Assembly (NCBI GenBank): GCA_002633005.1
Contig: NMRA01000469.1
Coordinates: 235,573 to 299,572 of the forward strand
Length of the DNA stretch: 64,000 bases
Origin: Phoronis australis
Lineage: Eukaryota > Animalia > Phoronida
Direction of reading: 5' to 3'
Numbering within the stretch: the stretch's first letter is position 1; every line of letters starts with the position of its first letter. The notes beneath the pieces were generated by a model. It ran no database searches. It was given only the letters and a program-made list of their open reading frames with translations, and was not told where the DNA came from. Both the position numbers and the translations under genes were made by a program. Positions 12,611 to 26,052 of the stretch are shown here, piece by piece.

Positions 12611-13996
12611 TAAAGAGAGTGGGTGCCAGAAAACAGACTCAAAAATAACAAAAATGGCCACAACGTAGTTTAAAATGCGCCAAATCCACCAGAAAAGAAA
12701 AAGGCATCACCCTTTCCTTAGTAAAAACCTATCTGCCAAAATTCATGAAAATCCACCAAGAAACTCCAAAGGTACAGAGGCAAACGTAAAAAAATAAAAT
12801 TGCCACCAGGAGGTACAGTGGCAGTCAGATCGGTATCAAACTCCATGTTTTCAATCACCAGCATCGTAGAAACATATCTGCAAGGGGGTTTAAGAGACAC
12901 AGCAGCCTACGTCAGAATCCCAGACAGAGATGACAACATGCATCCATATATAAATAATTACCGTATGTGGGCGCATAAAAATGGAAAAATGTCAGTTTTT
13001 CAAAACTACTTTTGTGTGAAATGCATGGAGAATCACCATATGTATTTGTGGGTGCATAAAAACGACACATTCTTAGGTGGTAATAGTCGGGCATTACGTG
13101 CCCATATTTTAAGAACCAACTTTTTCACTGATTAACGGGCATCGAGCTGGTTCTCAAAATTACACACACATTATATCCGACTATTGCCTTCATAATTACA
13201 ATGTATTGCTGATTAAGAGGCATTCCAGAAAGATTCCAACGGCACTTGGCTCAACTTATGTATTTGCGTGCTCATAACTATGCTAATGACGTAGCTGGAA
13301 CTAAACGACAATGCTTGCCTATTTGAACGTCATCTATGCTAAACAAAGTGCAGCTGTGTTCATAGACAACTTGTGGATGTGAAAATAAAAAATTCTGCAA
13401 ATAGTTGACCTATGCATTAATGACATACCTTGGGGGCTCACATAGCCTGCATGATACAGTGCTATTCCCCAACACCACGTCATGATACTTACTGGGCACT
13501 GTTCAGTGACTTACGGCGGATCATTTTCGATAGAAAACTTGATCCAAAAAACATCTGGCACTTTTCAATGTACCTCATATTCACATACTCGCTATAAGTT
13601 GTGTTTCTAACTAATTTGACCAAGTAGTCACAGAGATAAGAAATTAGCGTGCAGGATCGACTTTAAGAGGAGCTAGTGTTTATTCAAAAAAAACAGTGCA
13701 AACTTCTCAACAAGTTAATGTCAGTTCTGCCCCATTTCATAATGGACGATAAATTGTTTCATTTAAGGCAGAAGTTTGAGAATAAATACAAACACAAACA
13801 CAGACAAAGTTGCTAAGTGCAAAAAAGGTGAGCTAATTAAAATAAGTACATCAAAAAGCTTTGGCTTTCTTCCCTTTGTCAACCTTCTTTACATGCATGG
13901 TTTACATCAAAAGACAGATCCCACCCTTTAACAAATTTATTGCAGTTACTATTTACATTCGCCAGGAATGACCTTTCTAGAGAACTTGCAACTTAC

Positions 13997-14090
13997 ATAT
14001 AAAGTCAGCTGGGTTGTAATGCGGTGAACAGTGCAATCCAATGCCATCAAAGAAGTCCAGAATTTTGTGAGCATTACCAAAATACGCAAC
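13997..14090 (-). CDS. ABCG coding exon 6
   Basis: ttgcag|GTT GCG TAT TTT GGT ... [32 protein letters not shown]|gtaagt; contains the ABCG-diagnostic NPADF motif. Confidence 0.95.
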
Positions 14091-14803
14091 CTGCAATTTA
14101 TACCAAAAGTAGTCAGTGGGTGATTCAGCTTACTCAAGTTAGTTATGGAACACATGGATTATTATAACAAGATTTGAAGTGAGATCTCTCAACAAAATAC
14201 GTTTATGAACTATTGTGTCCAACATTTAATATAATCTAGACTTAAAAATTTATTTGTAGTTTAAAGCTTCAAAAACACACAATGCAGTTATTATTATTTA
14301 GAGAGTTACTTCTGAATGAAAGACTTTTTTACTCTTGTTTTGAGCACGCCATTCACAAGTTAGAACAGTTGTGACTTTCATACTATTACAAATAATTATG
14401 CAAACACCTGATAGTTTCATGAAACAATCCTTACAAACAATACAAATTAACCACATCCTTCATCCCTTTTGTCTTGAATGATGGCAGCCACAATCTTAAA
14501 GCTTCAATCATACATTAATGATTTTAATTCGTGAATTTAAAGTCACAATTTCTGATTGAATTGAAATTCAAACTAAACTAAATAAGATTTGAAGTGGTGA
14601 ATAAAACCGCAGTTCATTCCATTTGGTATACAGAGTGTAATCAAAGTGAAGAATGTGTACTTGATCTAAAAAGCACAAAAATGTATTCCAAGCCACGCAG
14701 GTTTTTAACTGTTGCACTCTATGGCTTTTAAGTGTCAGGCACACACATAACAACCATGAACATTGTTATCAAAGAGGGACTAGATGCAGCTCTGCCAACA
14801 TAC

Positions 14804-14965
14804 CTCTCCTTCACACATTAACAGTACTCTGTCAAACATGTGGAAAATCTGACTAGATGGCTGATGTATTGTGGCTACAATAGTCTTGTTGAAGTGTTGT
14901 GAGTAGGCCTTTAGTGTCTTAATCAGACTACAGGCAGTGCTGGAGTCTAATCCTGAAGTAGGCTC
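14804..14965 (-). CDS. ABCG coding exon 5 (D-loop, H-loop)
   Basis: EPTSGLDSSTACSLIKTLKAYSQHFNKTIVATIHQPSSQIFHMFDRVLLMCEGE; ttcag| and |gtatgt; phase 0/0. Confidence 0.96.
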
Positions 14966-15149
14966 CTGAACACAGAAAATCCAAAAGATTAATAATCTTG
15001 CCACGGAGCTACAAAGATGAGGTATTCCAACACTAAAATCAGGGATTTGTGAGGTCTGAATCGCACAACTGAAAGTCTAATCAAATATTTTTAACCTGAG
15101 CAAAGTAAAGCAAAAGTCAAAAGGTACTGCACAAGACACTAAGCATCTA

Positions 15150-15700
15150 GCTGTTTGATAGCAAAACAAGGTAGGGGTCTAGCTAACTGATAGTAAAATT
15201 AAATATGTATTTAACAAACTGATAGTGAAACAAGGTAGGGGTCTAGCTAACTGACAGTAAAATTAAATATGTATTTAACAAACTGATAGTGAAACAAGGT
15301 AGGGGTCTAGCTAACTGACAGTAAAATTAAATATGTATTTACCAAACTGATAGTGAAACAAGGTTGGGGTCTAGCTAACTGATAGTAAAATTAAATATGT
15401 ATTTAACAAACTGATAGTGAAACAAGGTTGGGGTCTAGCTAACTGACAGTAAAAAAGTAGGGGTCTGGCTAACTGATAGTAAAAAATATGGATATAACAA
15501 ACTGATAGTAAAACAAGGTAGGGGTCTAGATAACTGACAGTAAAACAAAGTAGGGATCTAGCAAACTGATAGCAAAACAACGTAGGGTCAAGCTAACTGA
15601 CAGTAAAACAAGGTAGGGGTCAAGCTAACTGATAAGAAAACAACTTAGGTATCTTAGCTCACTACTAGGAAAAAACAAGGTAGGGAACTAACTAAGTGAT
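15150..15700. repeat. ~32-33-bp minisatellite, partly as a 65-bp A/B dimer
   Basis: Units aactgatagtRaaacaaggtaggggtctagct alternating with aactgaYagtaaaattaaatatgtatttaaca. Confidence 0.9.
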
Positions 15701-16001
15701 TATTGTTATATTAATTCTACACTCTGCTCCAAATAGCTCTTTGAATTATAATCACTGAAAAAAAATATTGTTCTTGATACCAGCATGATACAAGTCCATG
15801 ATATAAGGGGTCATGTGATCATGTAACCTCGAAACAAGTAAATGTTTGGTCATTAGAAAAACAAATTTATTAAACTATGTCTAAAATAACTCAAATCAAT
15901 GGTTGTCAAAATCAAAGCTTTTAGGTATTTTTCAGAACTATATAGAACAGACAATCCTAAATTAAAGATATTTAAGAGTAGTGTCACTAAGAACAACTTA
16001 C

Positions 16002-16102
16002 GTCCATTAACATCAGCATGGGGTTAGTGAGTAATTCACAGGCGATGTTTGTACGCTTCTTCTCACCCCCAGACACACCTCTCGTAAAGGCATCACCAAT
16101 CA
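16002..16102 (-). CDS. ABCG coding exon 4 (ABC signature, Walker B)
   Basis: (V)[33 protein letters not shown]; gtcag| and |gtaagt; phase 1/0. Confidence 0.96.
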
Positions 16103-18303
16103 CTGACAAAAGTAAACTGTCAGTTAGCCAATAGTTCCATAACAATAATGCAACGTTAAGATATCCAAAAAACACATAATTAATTAGCAACAGTAGACCT
16201 TTCGGTCATAAGGTTCGCGAAAGTACATAATGTGCTTGTCTTTCAGTGGCGAAAACACTGTGCGTTTTAGCCAACAAGAAGTGTCATTTTCACTTTTGTC
16301 TAGCATTTAGCTTGTTTTCTCGCCAATTGCTTTGATTTAAAAGCAGGAATAGGTGTTCAAGCACGTTCACTCTGCAACAAAATCATAAAAGACGTGCGTT
16401 CTCCTATACAAGTGTTTCTTTTGAATTAAGGGGTCTGGCTACAAACGTATTGGAAAACCATCATTAATTTTGGGGTAACTCAAACCAGTATCAAACACCA
16501 AAGCTAAATTAAATATAAACCTTGCGACTATTCACAGAACTGACTGAAAGAATACAACAACAAAGAATATGTGGAACCCCAGTCAGGCGAGAAAATGTCA
16601 GGTTTCAAAAGTGCTTGACGGATATCGCAACATTGTGGGTAAACACAGAGAGACTCAAGTGTCGCTGGGTAATCTAGAACGGCCCAATTACAAAACACTT
16701 GTAGAGAAAAATCCTAATGACAATGGATATAGTAACTTGCTGCTTCTCAATTTTCAGGCAACCATTTTTCTGGCCAATGTTTCCCTAGTTAGATCTCCAG
16801 CATATTCGCAAGACTTCTGGCCAAACTCAGCAGCCAACCTCATTATATGCACTCCACTTATGTCCACCACACTTTAACACTTAAAAAGATACTAAACCCT
16901 GTTTTGACAACCTATCCTCATTCTGTCACCTCCTCATGCATTATTGCCGTCAATCTTCCAAGTTAAAGGCAGGAATCAATTGAAAACTCTTACTCCCAAT
17001 GTCACATGTTTTATTGTGCCAATAATACATGGTACACAGAAAAATATTATAACTGTTATAATTAGTTGATATGTAAAAATGTTTACCGACAACTTTGATC
17101 TACAACACTGCTTAGGTTTTGTCATCCTTGTAATGTCTATTGATTATTATTGGTTCGTCACAAGAAAAACACATGACAGCGTTTTCCCGTTCAGTGACTT
17201 TAGCAGAGGAAGGGGTTCTGAGCGTTTGATAACATCTAGCTTGTTTGTTAACTGTCAAGCAAAGTCTTTTGTCTGTTATGACAACAGGCAGGCCAATTAT
17301 CTATCAGGCTTATTACAGACCACATGAGAACACCATCAAACCCAGAGTGAATTGGTACATTAGGAAAGAATAGATTATCGTAACTTCCATTGCAGTTGGG
17401 CCATTTTGGGGATTCAAAAACTAAACATGATCACCATTTGACAAGGATTTCAGAAATGCTATTGGTTTATGTTCAAATATGTTATAACTTAACTTTTATT
17501 TTGAACAGCACAGCCCAGTCAGGCTAGATATGATCTTATTGAAGATCAGAGCAATTATCAAACAAAAGAGAGCTGGCCCTCCAACCATAAATGCCACAAT
17601 GGAATTAATCAGTCGTGTAAGATATTGGCTACATGGGTAAACTTCCCAACTTGTTGTTGGGCTATAGAATCAAACAAGTTGGGAGCAACGTAATGAGGAC
17701 TCACGTCCTAATAATCAAATGGTCACATTTCTTTAAAACGTGTATGTACTAATTTGCACACACACCAAACACGATATGGACGCAAACCAACAATGAGTAA
17801 TCTGATAGACATCCAACACTGAAGTATTCCAAGACCACCAATTAAAACATAGCACTAGTCTTTTAACCATCTTCTCATTATTGAAACAATTAACCTTTGA
17901 CATGAGCTTAATGTCAAATTCTGGTCAAGAGATTAGGCTAAAATGCTTTCAGAGATAACACTCATGAGATATCTGTGAGGAAAACATCCAACAGTAAGAA
18001 CTGGCTACCAACCTATGACAGTTAACTCTCACCAACAATCAAATTGACCTTTCGTCATTTTTCAAAGATTTCTTGTTGAGAGTCCACACAATTTCTAAAA
18101 AGATTGTTTGATAGTACCGTACCTATCAAACAGAACTTAAAAGTGATAAACATTAATACGTAGGACTCATGTGTTTTATGAAAAAAAAATACAAAATTAA
18201 ATTTTACTTGTCTTTTGAACACCCCATTATGGACTCCATAAAAATTAAAAGGTGAATAAGATTATTAATATTCAAATTCCGCCAGTTTTGCATGTTAAAC
18301 ATC

Positions 18304-19350
18304 ACAACAGCAACACTGAGGCATTGACATGCGCCCACTGTGCATCGCATACCGTATGTTTCTAAGGTGCTGTAGTAGTCGACTCAGACTGAAAATCAAA
18401 TAGTGCTGGTGCATTGTCATTACATAACGCTGAGTAGATTCATTGAAATAAGTCAATCAGTTCTATAGATATAATGCAGAAATGCTCTTCCCCTAAACAA
18501 CATTTGAAAAGCCCATTCTCGAGATCAAAATGATGCCAGCGTATGGCCATAATATATAACTAAGTAAAGCTTTATTGTAATCCTTCAATTGCATCTCTAG
18601 ATACAATCCAGAAACACTCTTTCTCCTAACAAAACATGAAAAGTTCTTTGTCACAATGCTGTAGTGGACAAACCCTTCCTGAAAACGAAAAGTCCAGCAC
18701 ATAAACTTCACACATGTCTGTGGTGTCAAGTTTTATTGACACCAGTCAATCATTTTTTAGATATCCAGAATTGCTCTTTGCCCTACCACATGAAAACCCC
18801 TCGAGAAAAAAAGCGGCCACTAGGGGGTGCAGCAGTAATCAAATTTGGCCAAAACTTTAATTGTGATGGTGCATTGGCATCATATACCTCTGTCTCAAGC
18901 TTCAGTGAAATCAACCCAATCGGTTCTCTAGATATCATCAAGAAAAGCTGTTCTGCCAAACAACACAAGAAAAGCCCTTAACAAAATGGCCACTAGGAGG
19001 TGCTACTATAATGGTAGTTGAATCTGCCAGAAAATTTACAGTCCTGGGCATTGATATCACACATCTCTGTGTCAAGTTTCAATGAAATCCGTCAAACCAT
19101 TCTCTAGATATCTCCCGGAAAGACTCTATCCCAAAAAATACAGAAAATGCCACATACCCTGAACCCAGGGGGTGAAACAGATTGAAACGTGGCATGAACC
19201 ATTCTAGTGACGCCCTACACCCCTTATGCCAAATTTTGTTAAAATCCAAGCAGGTGTTTTTGAGATATAAAGCAGACACACCGACAACTGGACACCCCAA
19301 ACAAAGTGACAACGATGTGTGACCACATATATATATGTGGGCGCATAAAA
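18304..19350. mobile_element. HINE/DINE-1-like element (degenerate)
   Basis: Start acaacagcaacactgaggcattgacatgcgcccac; end atgtgggcgcataaaa; internal gccactagggggtgc and gccactaggaggtgc units. Confidence 0.65.
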
Positions 19351-19863
19351 TTGAAAGCCGCCAGTTCCAGCATTCTCTAACAATAATCATGGAAATTTTT
19401 AAGTGGTGTCCACAGAAAAGTCTAAAACATTGTCAAAGAAATGTCAATGACCTCCATGCGATTGTGGGAAAAATATAACATTTTATCTATTTTCAAATCC
19501 AAACAATCCAAAACTAGTCAAAAATGATGAAAAATATGAATTTAGCAATTTTTAATTACATTTTACATTTTACAAATGTGCGTTCGATCACTTTTGACTC
19601 AAGACAAGAACATATATTGTAGGGTTATCTCCATGGCTAAGTTTTTGTTTTAAGAAAGAGGACAAGGCCCTAATTTATAAAAAAACTATATGTTAAAATA
19701 CAATAAAAATATACATATACGTGTGTATTTTTGTATGTGCGTGCGTGCGTGCGTGTGTGTCCGAGATTACCATCAGTCCAATTAACATGATAAAGACTAT
19801 ACTATATGTATACACTACACACACAATAATGGACGAAATAACAAAATATCTCTTGTAACCCAC

Positions 19864-19969
19864 CAGTGTCCAGGCATTTGGTCAGTCCTAGCTCCCGGAC
19901 TACCTCATCAACACGTGCCAGTTTCTCCTTTCGACTCAGTCTATCGGGCAAACGAAGCAAAGCCGTGTA
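19864..19969 (-). CDS. ABCG coding exon 3
   Basis: ttcatttctag|TAC ACG GCT: YTALLRLPDRLSRKEKLARVDEVVRELGLTKCLDT, G|gtgggt; phase 0/1; absent from the ORF track. Confidence 0.95.
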
Positions 19970-20943
19970 CTAGAAATGAAAGAAGCTCAAGTCAGTGACA
20001 AGTAACAGAATCTACTGTAATTTTTATTGTAATTTAAAGGGTTATGTTTTCCTTGTGTTCTTATTTTCCATTAAAGCTCATTAATGAGTAAAGCCAGGTA
20101 GGTAAAAATTCTCCAGTTTGGACAGTCTTTAAAATTTGAGACAGCCGAATTTTTTTATTCTAAAGATTGGCCCGTGGGTGATTTGAGGCTCATCAAGTTT
20201 CTCAAATATCACGCATATATTTTTGAATTAACGAAGCTTGAAAATAGATTTTACAGTTCATAAAATCGTAAGAATTGCAAAATTGCAGGCCATGCAACGT
20301 TTTCATCTGCTCCATAGTATTTAACACCAAGGTGAATGGCCCTATGTCGTTGATCATCATTATTGAATTTAGGACAACCAATAATGGTTACATCTAAAAT
20401 TTGGTACAAGCTCCAACCATGAGCAAACTAATTGATTTTTCATTGCCCAAAATTGGAGAATTATTACCGTACATAAATTACAGTTCAGCTCATATTAAAA
20501 TGGCCGAGCGTCAAGGTACAGTCAAAGGTAGCAAAAAGTTGACGCAAACAATTCTAAGTCTGTGCTTGTTAGCAGAAGATTTGAAATACAGTAAAAATCC
20601 TACAATTTGGGATAAAAACATTCCTTAAAATATTTTTTTAATATTTTTCTAATTTTGTATAAATGTTCAGTTTACCAAATGCTGCATAGCAGCTATAGCA
20701 TAGAAACTGTCTTAACAAGAGATTTAAATTTTCAGGTAAAATCATATTCTATTTAAAATTTGACAAAATAAAATTCCATTTGTCAGCCATAGTCTGTTCT
20801 AAATTGAAGACTTTTGCCAGTAGTATTTTGTAAACATATCAAATACAACCTCCCAATGTAGAGAGCAGCAAAAACAACTGCTGTTCAGGACCTACTGAGA
20901 CACATTATTGGTCATAGACACCTCTGTCTTACCTAAGGTCAAT

Positions 20944-21119
20944 GGCCAATTAAATGCCTGATAAAACACTTGTGGTTTTTCAGAGAACCTGGCTGCAGAA
21001 AAGTTCATTATAACCACTAGGGGGTATCCACACATGGACACAGGATGATCTCACTCAGGAAATGAATGACCATTACTTGTCTTCTTACAGCATTGCTAGT
21101 TTATCACAGGAGTGTAAGT
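20944..21119 (+). promoter_or_regulatory. Candidate promoter/5'-UTR exon of the nested receptor (CCAAT, GATA, RUNX, ETS-like motifs; donor at 21114)
   Basis: ggCCAAT 20944, TGATAA 20959, TGTGGTT 20971, CAGGAAAT 21056, TTATCA 21101, gtaagt 21114. Short motifs only. Confidence 0.3.
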
Positions 21120-21263
21120 TTTACAGCATGAACAACACCCTCATTACAAATATCAAAACTATTCATTATAAATAAACATATGGTCTGATCATGCATATAA
21201 AATTTCTCACATGTTCTGCATAAAACTAATTGAATCATTTTAGTAAAAAAAATTACAGAACAG

Positions 21264-21511
21264 GGGCCCGTTCCAACAAAACTAACTTAGCTAAGACAAA
21301 TCTTAAATTTTAGTAAATTTTAAGATAAAACTTAAACTTGTCTCGAGACTGTTTTAAGCAAGAGGTCCTAAGTTTGAATTAAGTTTTTGATAAAAGTTCA
21401 ATCTTAATTTTAACTATTTGACCGGATGGGGAAGTTTCAAAGTTTGGAAGTTAAGACAAATCTTAGACTTAAGTCAAAAATGAACTTAAGTCAGTTTCTT
21501 GGAACGGGACC
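21264..21511. mobile_element. PIF/Harbinger-like MITE with CAG target-site duplication
   Basis: CAG|GGGCCCGTTCCAACAAAACTAACTTA ... TAAGTCAGTTTCTTGGAACGGGACC|CAG. Confidence 0.8.
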
Positions 21512-21880
21512 CAGGTCTAAACCAATTGTACTGCTACTGTTAAAATTGTTGTAAATATCTAAATATAAAAACTTTCAAGAGTGAAAATTTATTAATCAAA
21601 CTAGAATGCAGGCACCTACTTGTGTTACTTTCCTCGTAAAACGCTGCCATTCTGATATCATTTGGTCCAATTAAATTGAATTGCTCATAAGCAAAATGAT
21701 CAAAACTTTCCACAAGACAGTCTCCAGTAATTCCTGCCATCTCACACTGTGTTATAGTAATTAGCGCCATGGAGCCAGGTGCTGGCTAATTTAACCAGTT
21801 GTTGGCAAGCTGGGCAGCACATAAGTGATTGGATGAGCTGGCATAAGGTTCTCTACATCAGAAATCCATGTAAACAGACT

Positions 21881-21941
21881 ATGGATCCAGTGTGTATGTA
21901 CAACAGGCTTAGCACCCTGGTTCTGTTATTGTTGTATACAG
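21881..21941 (+). CDS. Nested Ig/SUEL-lectin receptor, exon 1 (signal peptide)
   Basis: ATG 21881: MDPVCMYNRLSTLVLLLLYT, G|gtaggt (phase 1); hydrophobic core continues as VLNADG in exon 2. Confidence 0.8.
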
Positions 21942-22423
21942 GTAGGTTACCTCACTGGCGGGTAATAACTCCTTATAATGCTACTTGTACTAACTCCATG
22001 ATTCCTGGCTTCAGAAGACATGAAAGTTTTACGTCAATCTTGGCATACCACAAAACTCAACTGCCACGTGCTCAACACAAAAAGAAGCACAAGTTGAGCA
22101 GTGAACTAAGTAACTGAAACTTAAACATTTCTTACTGACCAAACATTTCTTGAATGTTTTAGAATAATGCGTACCAAATACTTTGGATAATAAAAAATTA
22201 CAAAAATCATGATTGAATAGACACTATTAAACTGTTCTATCTTTTTGATGTAGTTTATATTCCACCAGTACAACACAAGTATCATTCCTAAAGTAACATG
22301 TGGTATTGTTCATTTCTAACATAAATCTAACTTATTGTTTCCATTTTTCAATACTCCAAATAGTATAGTGCATAAGTCTCATACGCTAAATATAATCTAG
22401 ACAGGTTTTGACAAAGGTACTTT

Positions 22424-22570
22424 TGAACTTGTATCATTGTTAATACTACAACTTGAACTTGTATCATTGTTAATACAACAACTTGAACTTGTATCATTGT
22501 TAATACAACAACTTGAACTTGTATCATTGTTAATACTACAACTTGAACTTGTATCATTGTTAATACAACT
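22424..22570. repeat. 30-bp tandem repeat (~5 units) just upstream of the Ig exon acceptor
   Basis: tgaacttgtatcattgttaatacWacaact repeated. Confidence 0.95.
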
Positions 22571-22587
22571 TTTTTGGAACTTTCCAG

Positions 22588-22962
22588 TTTTAAATGCAGA
22601 TGGACTAGATGTGAAAGTTCCATATAAAACAGTGGGCCAAGGTGGAGGTGTTACAGTCTTGAGGTGCCGGTATCACGTGACTGATAAGGATAGCTTTCAG
22701 AGTCTCATGTGGACAGGGCCTCGTGGCATTGTATTTGAGATCCCGCACGTAAACGAACATGGCAATATTTATAAAAATGGAACATTCCTGCATGACTATA
22801 AGAGACGTGGTTCGGTAATGCCCTATTACCGTGGTCAGTCAATGACAGATTTGCTCATTTCCTTGAGTGAAATGAACTATGAAGATGAAGGTGTCTACAA
22901 CTGTACAGTGAATGCAAACTCTGGAAGTGCTGCATCAGGTGCAACAAAACTAATCTTGGACT
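22588..22962 (+). CDS. Nested receptor exon 2: V-set immunoglobulin domain
   Basis: tttccag|TT TTA (alternative acceptor at 22600); B-strand VTVLRCRY, C-strand LMW, F-strand DEGVYNCTV, G-strand SGATKLIL; T|gtgagt; phase 1/1. Confidence 0.92.
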
Positions 22963-24228
22963 GTGAGTTACTTAAACCGCTTCAAAATTCCTGAGTGCTT
23001 GTTTAACATTTAAAAACCTTTTACCTGATGTTTAACTGATTGGCACAACAGGCTAATGTATGTATTTAAAACTCTACCTTTTCTTCTAGGTTTCTGAAAT
23101 CCAACACTTGCACTTGAACACGATGAAGGAACAAATCAAAGGAGAAGTGACTTTTTTCCACTTCAGTAACTTTTAATTGGTGCCAATATGTTCATGTTGA
23201 GAACATTACTTGAGCCAAGGACATGTTTTATGTCACACCAACTTTTGTTACGAAAGATCAAACATATTTTAGTGGAAATGAGATTGCAAAAACAATGAAA
23301 ACAGATCTATTACCTAAAACACATATTTAATACTTGAAAATATTTTTGTAGGTAATTTTATCGGTCATTTTCCCACTCCTCCATACAATGGGAGAAAAAG
23401 CCAACATGGAGCACATCTCTTGTATTAAGCACATTTCAAGGCTGACCTCCAGTATTTTACAATAATTTATTGTTCAACCTCATTCCTTTCTGGATCAATC
23501 TTATCTTAATCGTGAATATGTCAGCAATGCAAATCGTCAAATCTCGTATAATTATAATAATTGCTTAAAAATACATTTTTTTTCTGTTTTCAAAGACTGG
23601 TTGCACTGTCTGTTAAAATGCTATTCTAATTTTACCAAAATTTTCTTTAATTATAACAACAGTACTACCCTAAACTCTCACTGATTTAAGAAACAATATG
23701 GTTGACATGTCAAATATTAGTATATCATTTTTACATGGAAGATATGTAGCACCAAATTAATGGGTTTCCTAGTTCAAGCTCTGTACCATAGCTATTATCT
23801 GATAATGCATTGAAAACTGTGGACCATAGACATCAATGTTAGAAGACCTTGAAAAATGAAAAACAATGCGAAATTGGTCAGAGTTTACTGTAACCATGGT
23901 AACGAAAAAGTCAAACGTTTCTCAACATTTATCTCTGTTGAGAATTTTGACAACGTAAAATTCCACATTTCCCATCTTGTGTGATGACCTGAGAAGTGTT
24001 TATCACACAGAGGAGTATTTTGTCGTTCCTATTCTGGTTTTTCAATCGAAATGTCAACATCCGCATCAAGGCTGGAGTATCAATGGTCAGAGAAAGATGA
24101 TACATAAACCAGGATCATCTGATACAAGTGAACTGGGACAGCCTTTCAAATAGCACTACTAAACAGGGTTATCACTGAACACTTGAGTTATCCATGTGCC
24201 TTCATTTGTGGGTGTCTATTTATTGCAG

Positions 24229-24537
24229 ACTCCACCAGCCATAGTACAGTGCAATGTCACAGGGCTGAGCCATTCCATCTGTGGTGCTCGACAGGTACCG
24301 TGCAGGTGTACGCACTACAGTATGGCTGGAACCAGAACAGGCACACCTGTTCCTTTGAGCCCTATGGTTGTACAGACGGCTATAGGTACCCAGAGAATTC
24401 AACACACTTAAAGCCACACAGGAACAAGTGTGAAGAGCGAACGGCATGTAAAATCAACCCCAAGCCAATTCATCTGAAATGTTACGGTTTGCCTGTGTTG
24501 ACCTCTACAGTAGTGGCTGTCAGATACTGGTGTGCAG
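24229..24537 (+). CDS. Nested receptor exon 3: SUEL/rhamnose-binding-lectin-like domain 1
   Basis: tattgcag|AC ... G|gtaagt; 8 Cys in SUEL spacing: QC..LWC..YGWN..C..C..KCEERTAC..C..VRYWC. Confidence 0.88.
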
Positions 24538-25436
24538 GTAAGTAAACAGTTACAGTAAGGAACAAATTCAATAGTTCTTCTGTGGTAATTACCAAAAAAA
24601 ACCCAATACCAAACCAGAAAGAAGTACTTAAACAAACTCCCAGAGATATTTATGTTTGATTATCAATTTCATTAGCACACTTTTTGCTGTAAACATCTTT
24701 CCCTCAATACGTAAGCACTGCAAAGCAATTAGAGAAAGGGCAGTCCAGCCAAAAATGTAAATCAATAAATATTTATACCTACACAGACATGATTGTCACT
24801 GCTGCTCCTGCTAAGTGGCTGTTGCTTTTTCCAAATCACATCTATACAACTTCAAGTAAATTATGCCAGTCTCAATCACAATGTAAATGGACAGTGAAAA
24901 GTATTTACAAATTGAAAAATACCAAACTGATCAAAACATTAACAGAATTTCGACATCAGCAGCAAATTAACAGAAAGTCTTTTCCTTCAACCAAGGATTT
25001 GCACTTCTGTGAAGACCATTTACAGTGCAAAGGCAAAAAAATTCCAAAACACAGCGGTTTCAGACATTTCAGTAGAAATAGACTGCACTAATCATCATCT
25101 ATCCAGGTCAAAGGTCAATCACACACCCATACTTGTGATTTCTGAATATGCAAATTTAATTTTACCTCCCACGCTGCCTGGTTCATTTGAGGAGGAATAC
25201 AGTGAGTACTGTCACACTAGGGCGGGAAAGTTGCTAAGCCTACGGTTGCCTTTTCTGACCAATTCCCAATTGTGATAAAACAGCACTTCCCATCACAGGA
25301 AACATGAAACTGGCATTAGTCAGGCCATCCCTGATATTTTGTTTTTCCCCTCATCATCGCTCCTGTGTGACATGTGAATATAGGTCGTTAATATATTTCT
25401 CTTCCTGTTTTCAGTGTTGAGACACCCTCATTTTTA

Positions 25437-25940
25437 GGCCTTTTCATATTAACTTAACTACGGTCTGAGCGGAACGTCAATGTAAACAGCGCAGTTAACT
25501 GGACCGTCCATACTGGCTTCGGTAGTTAATGACCATCGAAGTAAAGGGTTGATGACGCTGACGTCATCGAAGTTATCGCAAGGTAGCGCTGCACGCTAAG
25601 ATTTTTTTCAATGTGACAATTTGGAACATTTAAATGTGCTAAATGACGTTAAACTCATTTTTAAATCTATTTGTTATCATTAAAGCAAAAAATAAGTAGT
25701 TATTAGTGACGACACTACTCTGTAACTGTTGACGATAACAGTGGCACCTGGCGATAACTTCGATTGGACCGGAGTTAAGCGTTCATACTGCACTGCAGCG
25801 TCGACGCTGCAGTCTTAAATCCACCTATTATCTGCGATGTTAACTGGAGCTCTTAACTGCGATTCAGGACCGGAGTTAAGCGTTCATACTGACCACAACT
25901 CCCCAAACCATCGACACGTCGACGTTAGTATGAAAGGCCC
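25437..25940. mobile_element. Harbinger-like MITE in intron 3 of the nested gene
   Basis: Imperfect TIRs ggccttttcatattaac / gttagtatgaaaggccc; internal repeat ggaccggagttaagcgttcatactg x2. Confidence 0.65.
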
Positions 25941-26052
25941 TTTTGTTTCATATCTTTTTTTGATTCCAAATAAAATTCTTTGACTGCATATTTTATTATC
26001 AGTCCCTGGAGGAGAATCTAAACTTCATTGATGCCTTACTATGAATTTGTAG

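Noticed and set aside
22437-22587. Hydrophobic repeat 'N-terminus' (LELVSLLIQQ)n of the Ig ORF
   Set aside because: It is the intronic 30-bp minisatellite read in frame; a proper signal-peptide exon exists at 21881-21941.
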